NCBI GenBank assembly: GCA_041389525.1
Contig: JAWKRR010000022.1
Coordinates: forward strand, 19,130-83,129
Reading direction: 5' to 3'
From: Myxococcota bacterium
Lineage (GTDB): Bacteria; Myxococcota_A; UBA9042; PHBI01; JACKFB01
DNA: 64,000 bases
Shown here piece after piece: positions 63,657 to 64,000 of this stretch. Within the stretch, counting starts at the first letter, position 1. Every line of letters begins with the position of its first letter. The notes beneath the pieces are model-generated. The model was not told the DNA's origin. It was given only the letters and a program-made list of their open reading frames with translations, and searched no databases. The translations under genes were made by a program, and so were the position numbers.

Positions 63657-64000
63657 GACATGACTCCGTGGGTGGCACCGAAGCGCCGGCCGCCGACCGC
63701 ACCGCGACCGACCAGCGCCTGTGGGGGGTATGTGCCGATTCTGCTACAAATCGCCCCCGCCGCGCATCAAGATCGCGCCGCCATCGCGACGAATTTTCAC
63801 AGCCGCGTGCGCCCCAACAACAGCGCGGGCGGCGCCGCATCTTGGCGGCCACCACCCACCCACTCGTGGTACGCCCATCGCGCCACCCGACCCCGCGGAG
63901 CCCCCCATGCCCTCCCCCGCCACCCCCGCCCAACGCAAGCTCACCGCCCGCACCCGCGCCAGCCGCTGGCTCTACGGCCACATGCTCATCGGCAACATCG

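Noticed and set aside
63907-64000. Partial ORF at the window edge (MPSPATPAQRKLTARTRASRWLYGHMLIGNI...)
   Set aside because: Only 31 codons are visible, with no recognisable motif. It cannot be supported without the downstream sequence.

Overview
This is a roughly 70% GC bacterial chromosomal segment whose gene content strongly suggests Myxococcota. The evidence is: two proteins ending in MYXO-CTERM-type sorting tails; many Cys-rich lipoproteins with Pro/Asp/Ala/Thr linkers; a membrane Ser/Thr kinase with a nearby FHA protein; Kazal and MORN-repeat lipoproteins; and an ECF42-type sigma factor. Both strands are densely coding (about 50 supported CDS). No rRNA, tRNA or CRISPR was recognised by eye.

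Recognisable blocks, in order:
- PhnA-like, hemerythrin-like and small membrane proteins (61-1777).
- A lower-GC, rare-codon island with a 1.4 kb ORF-less stretch and two membrane proteins (about 1800-4990).
- An FHA-protein operon and a membrane Ser/Thr kinase.
- A PHP metallohydrolase, RecQ, and a di-haem cytochrome c peroxidase.
- A conserved but functionally uncharacterised four-gene operon (20272-27913): a large transglutaminase-like protein, a circularly permuted ATP-grasp, an alpha-E protein, and a YafJ-like amidotransferase fused to a transglutaminase-like domain. This is the most interesting system in the window.
- A TetR regulator followed by an IS200-like HUH (RAYT-type) transposase gene. 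A 14-15 nt REP-like motif, CGCCAGCCCGAGATC, is scattered around the window in both orientations.
- A roughly 3.5 kb Cys-rich lipoprotein gene built from nested tandem repeats, with an apparent +1 frameshift inside its 24-bp repeat tract.
- Two convergent MYXO-CTERM proteins.
- A BigR/Blh-like sulfide-detoxification operon: an ArsR-family regulator, a rhodanese, two YeeE/YedE half-transporters and a persulfide dioxygenase-rhodanese fusion, with an AT-rich inverted-repeat candidate operator upstream.
- A YciI-like protein next to an ECF42-type sigma factor, a multi-Kazal Cys-rich secreted protein, and an ArsC/Spx-like protein.
- A hybrid histidine kinase next to a FIST-like protein.

Several very long Arg/Gly/Pro-rich ORFs in the six-frame track are antisense or off-frame artefacts of the high GC content and were rejected.
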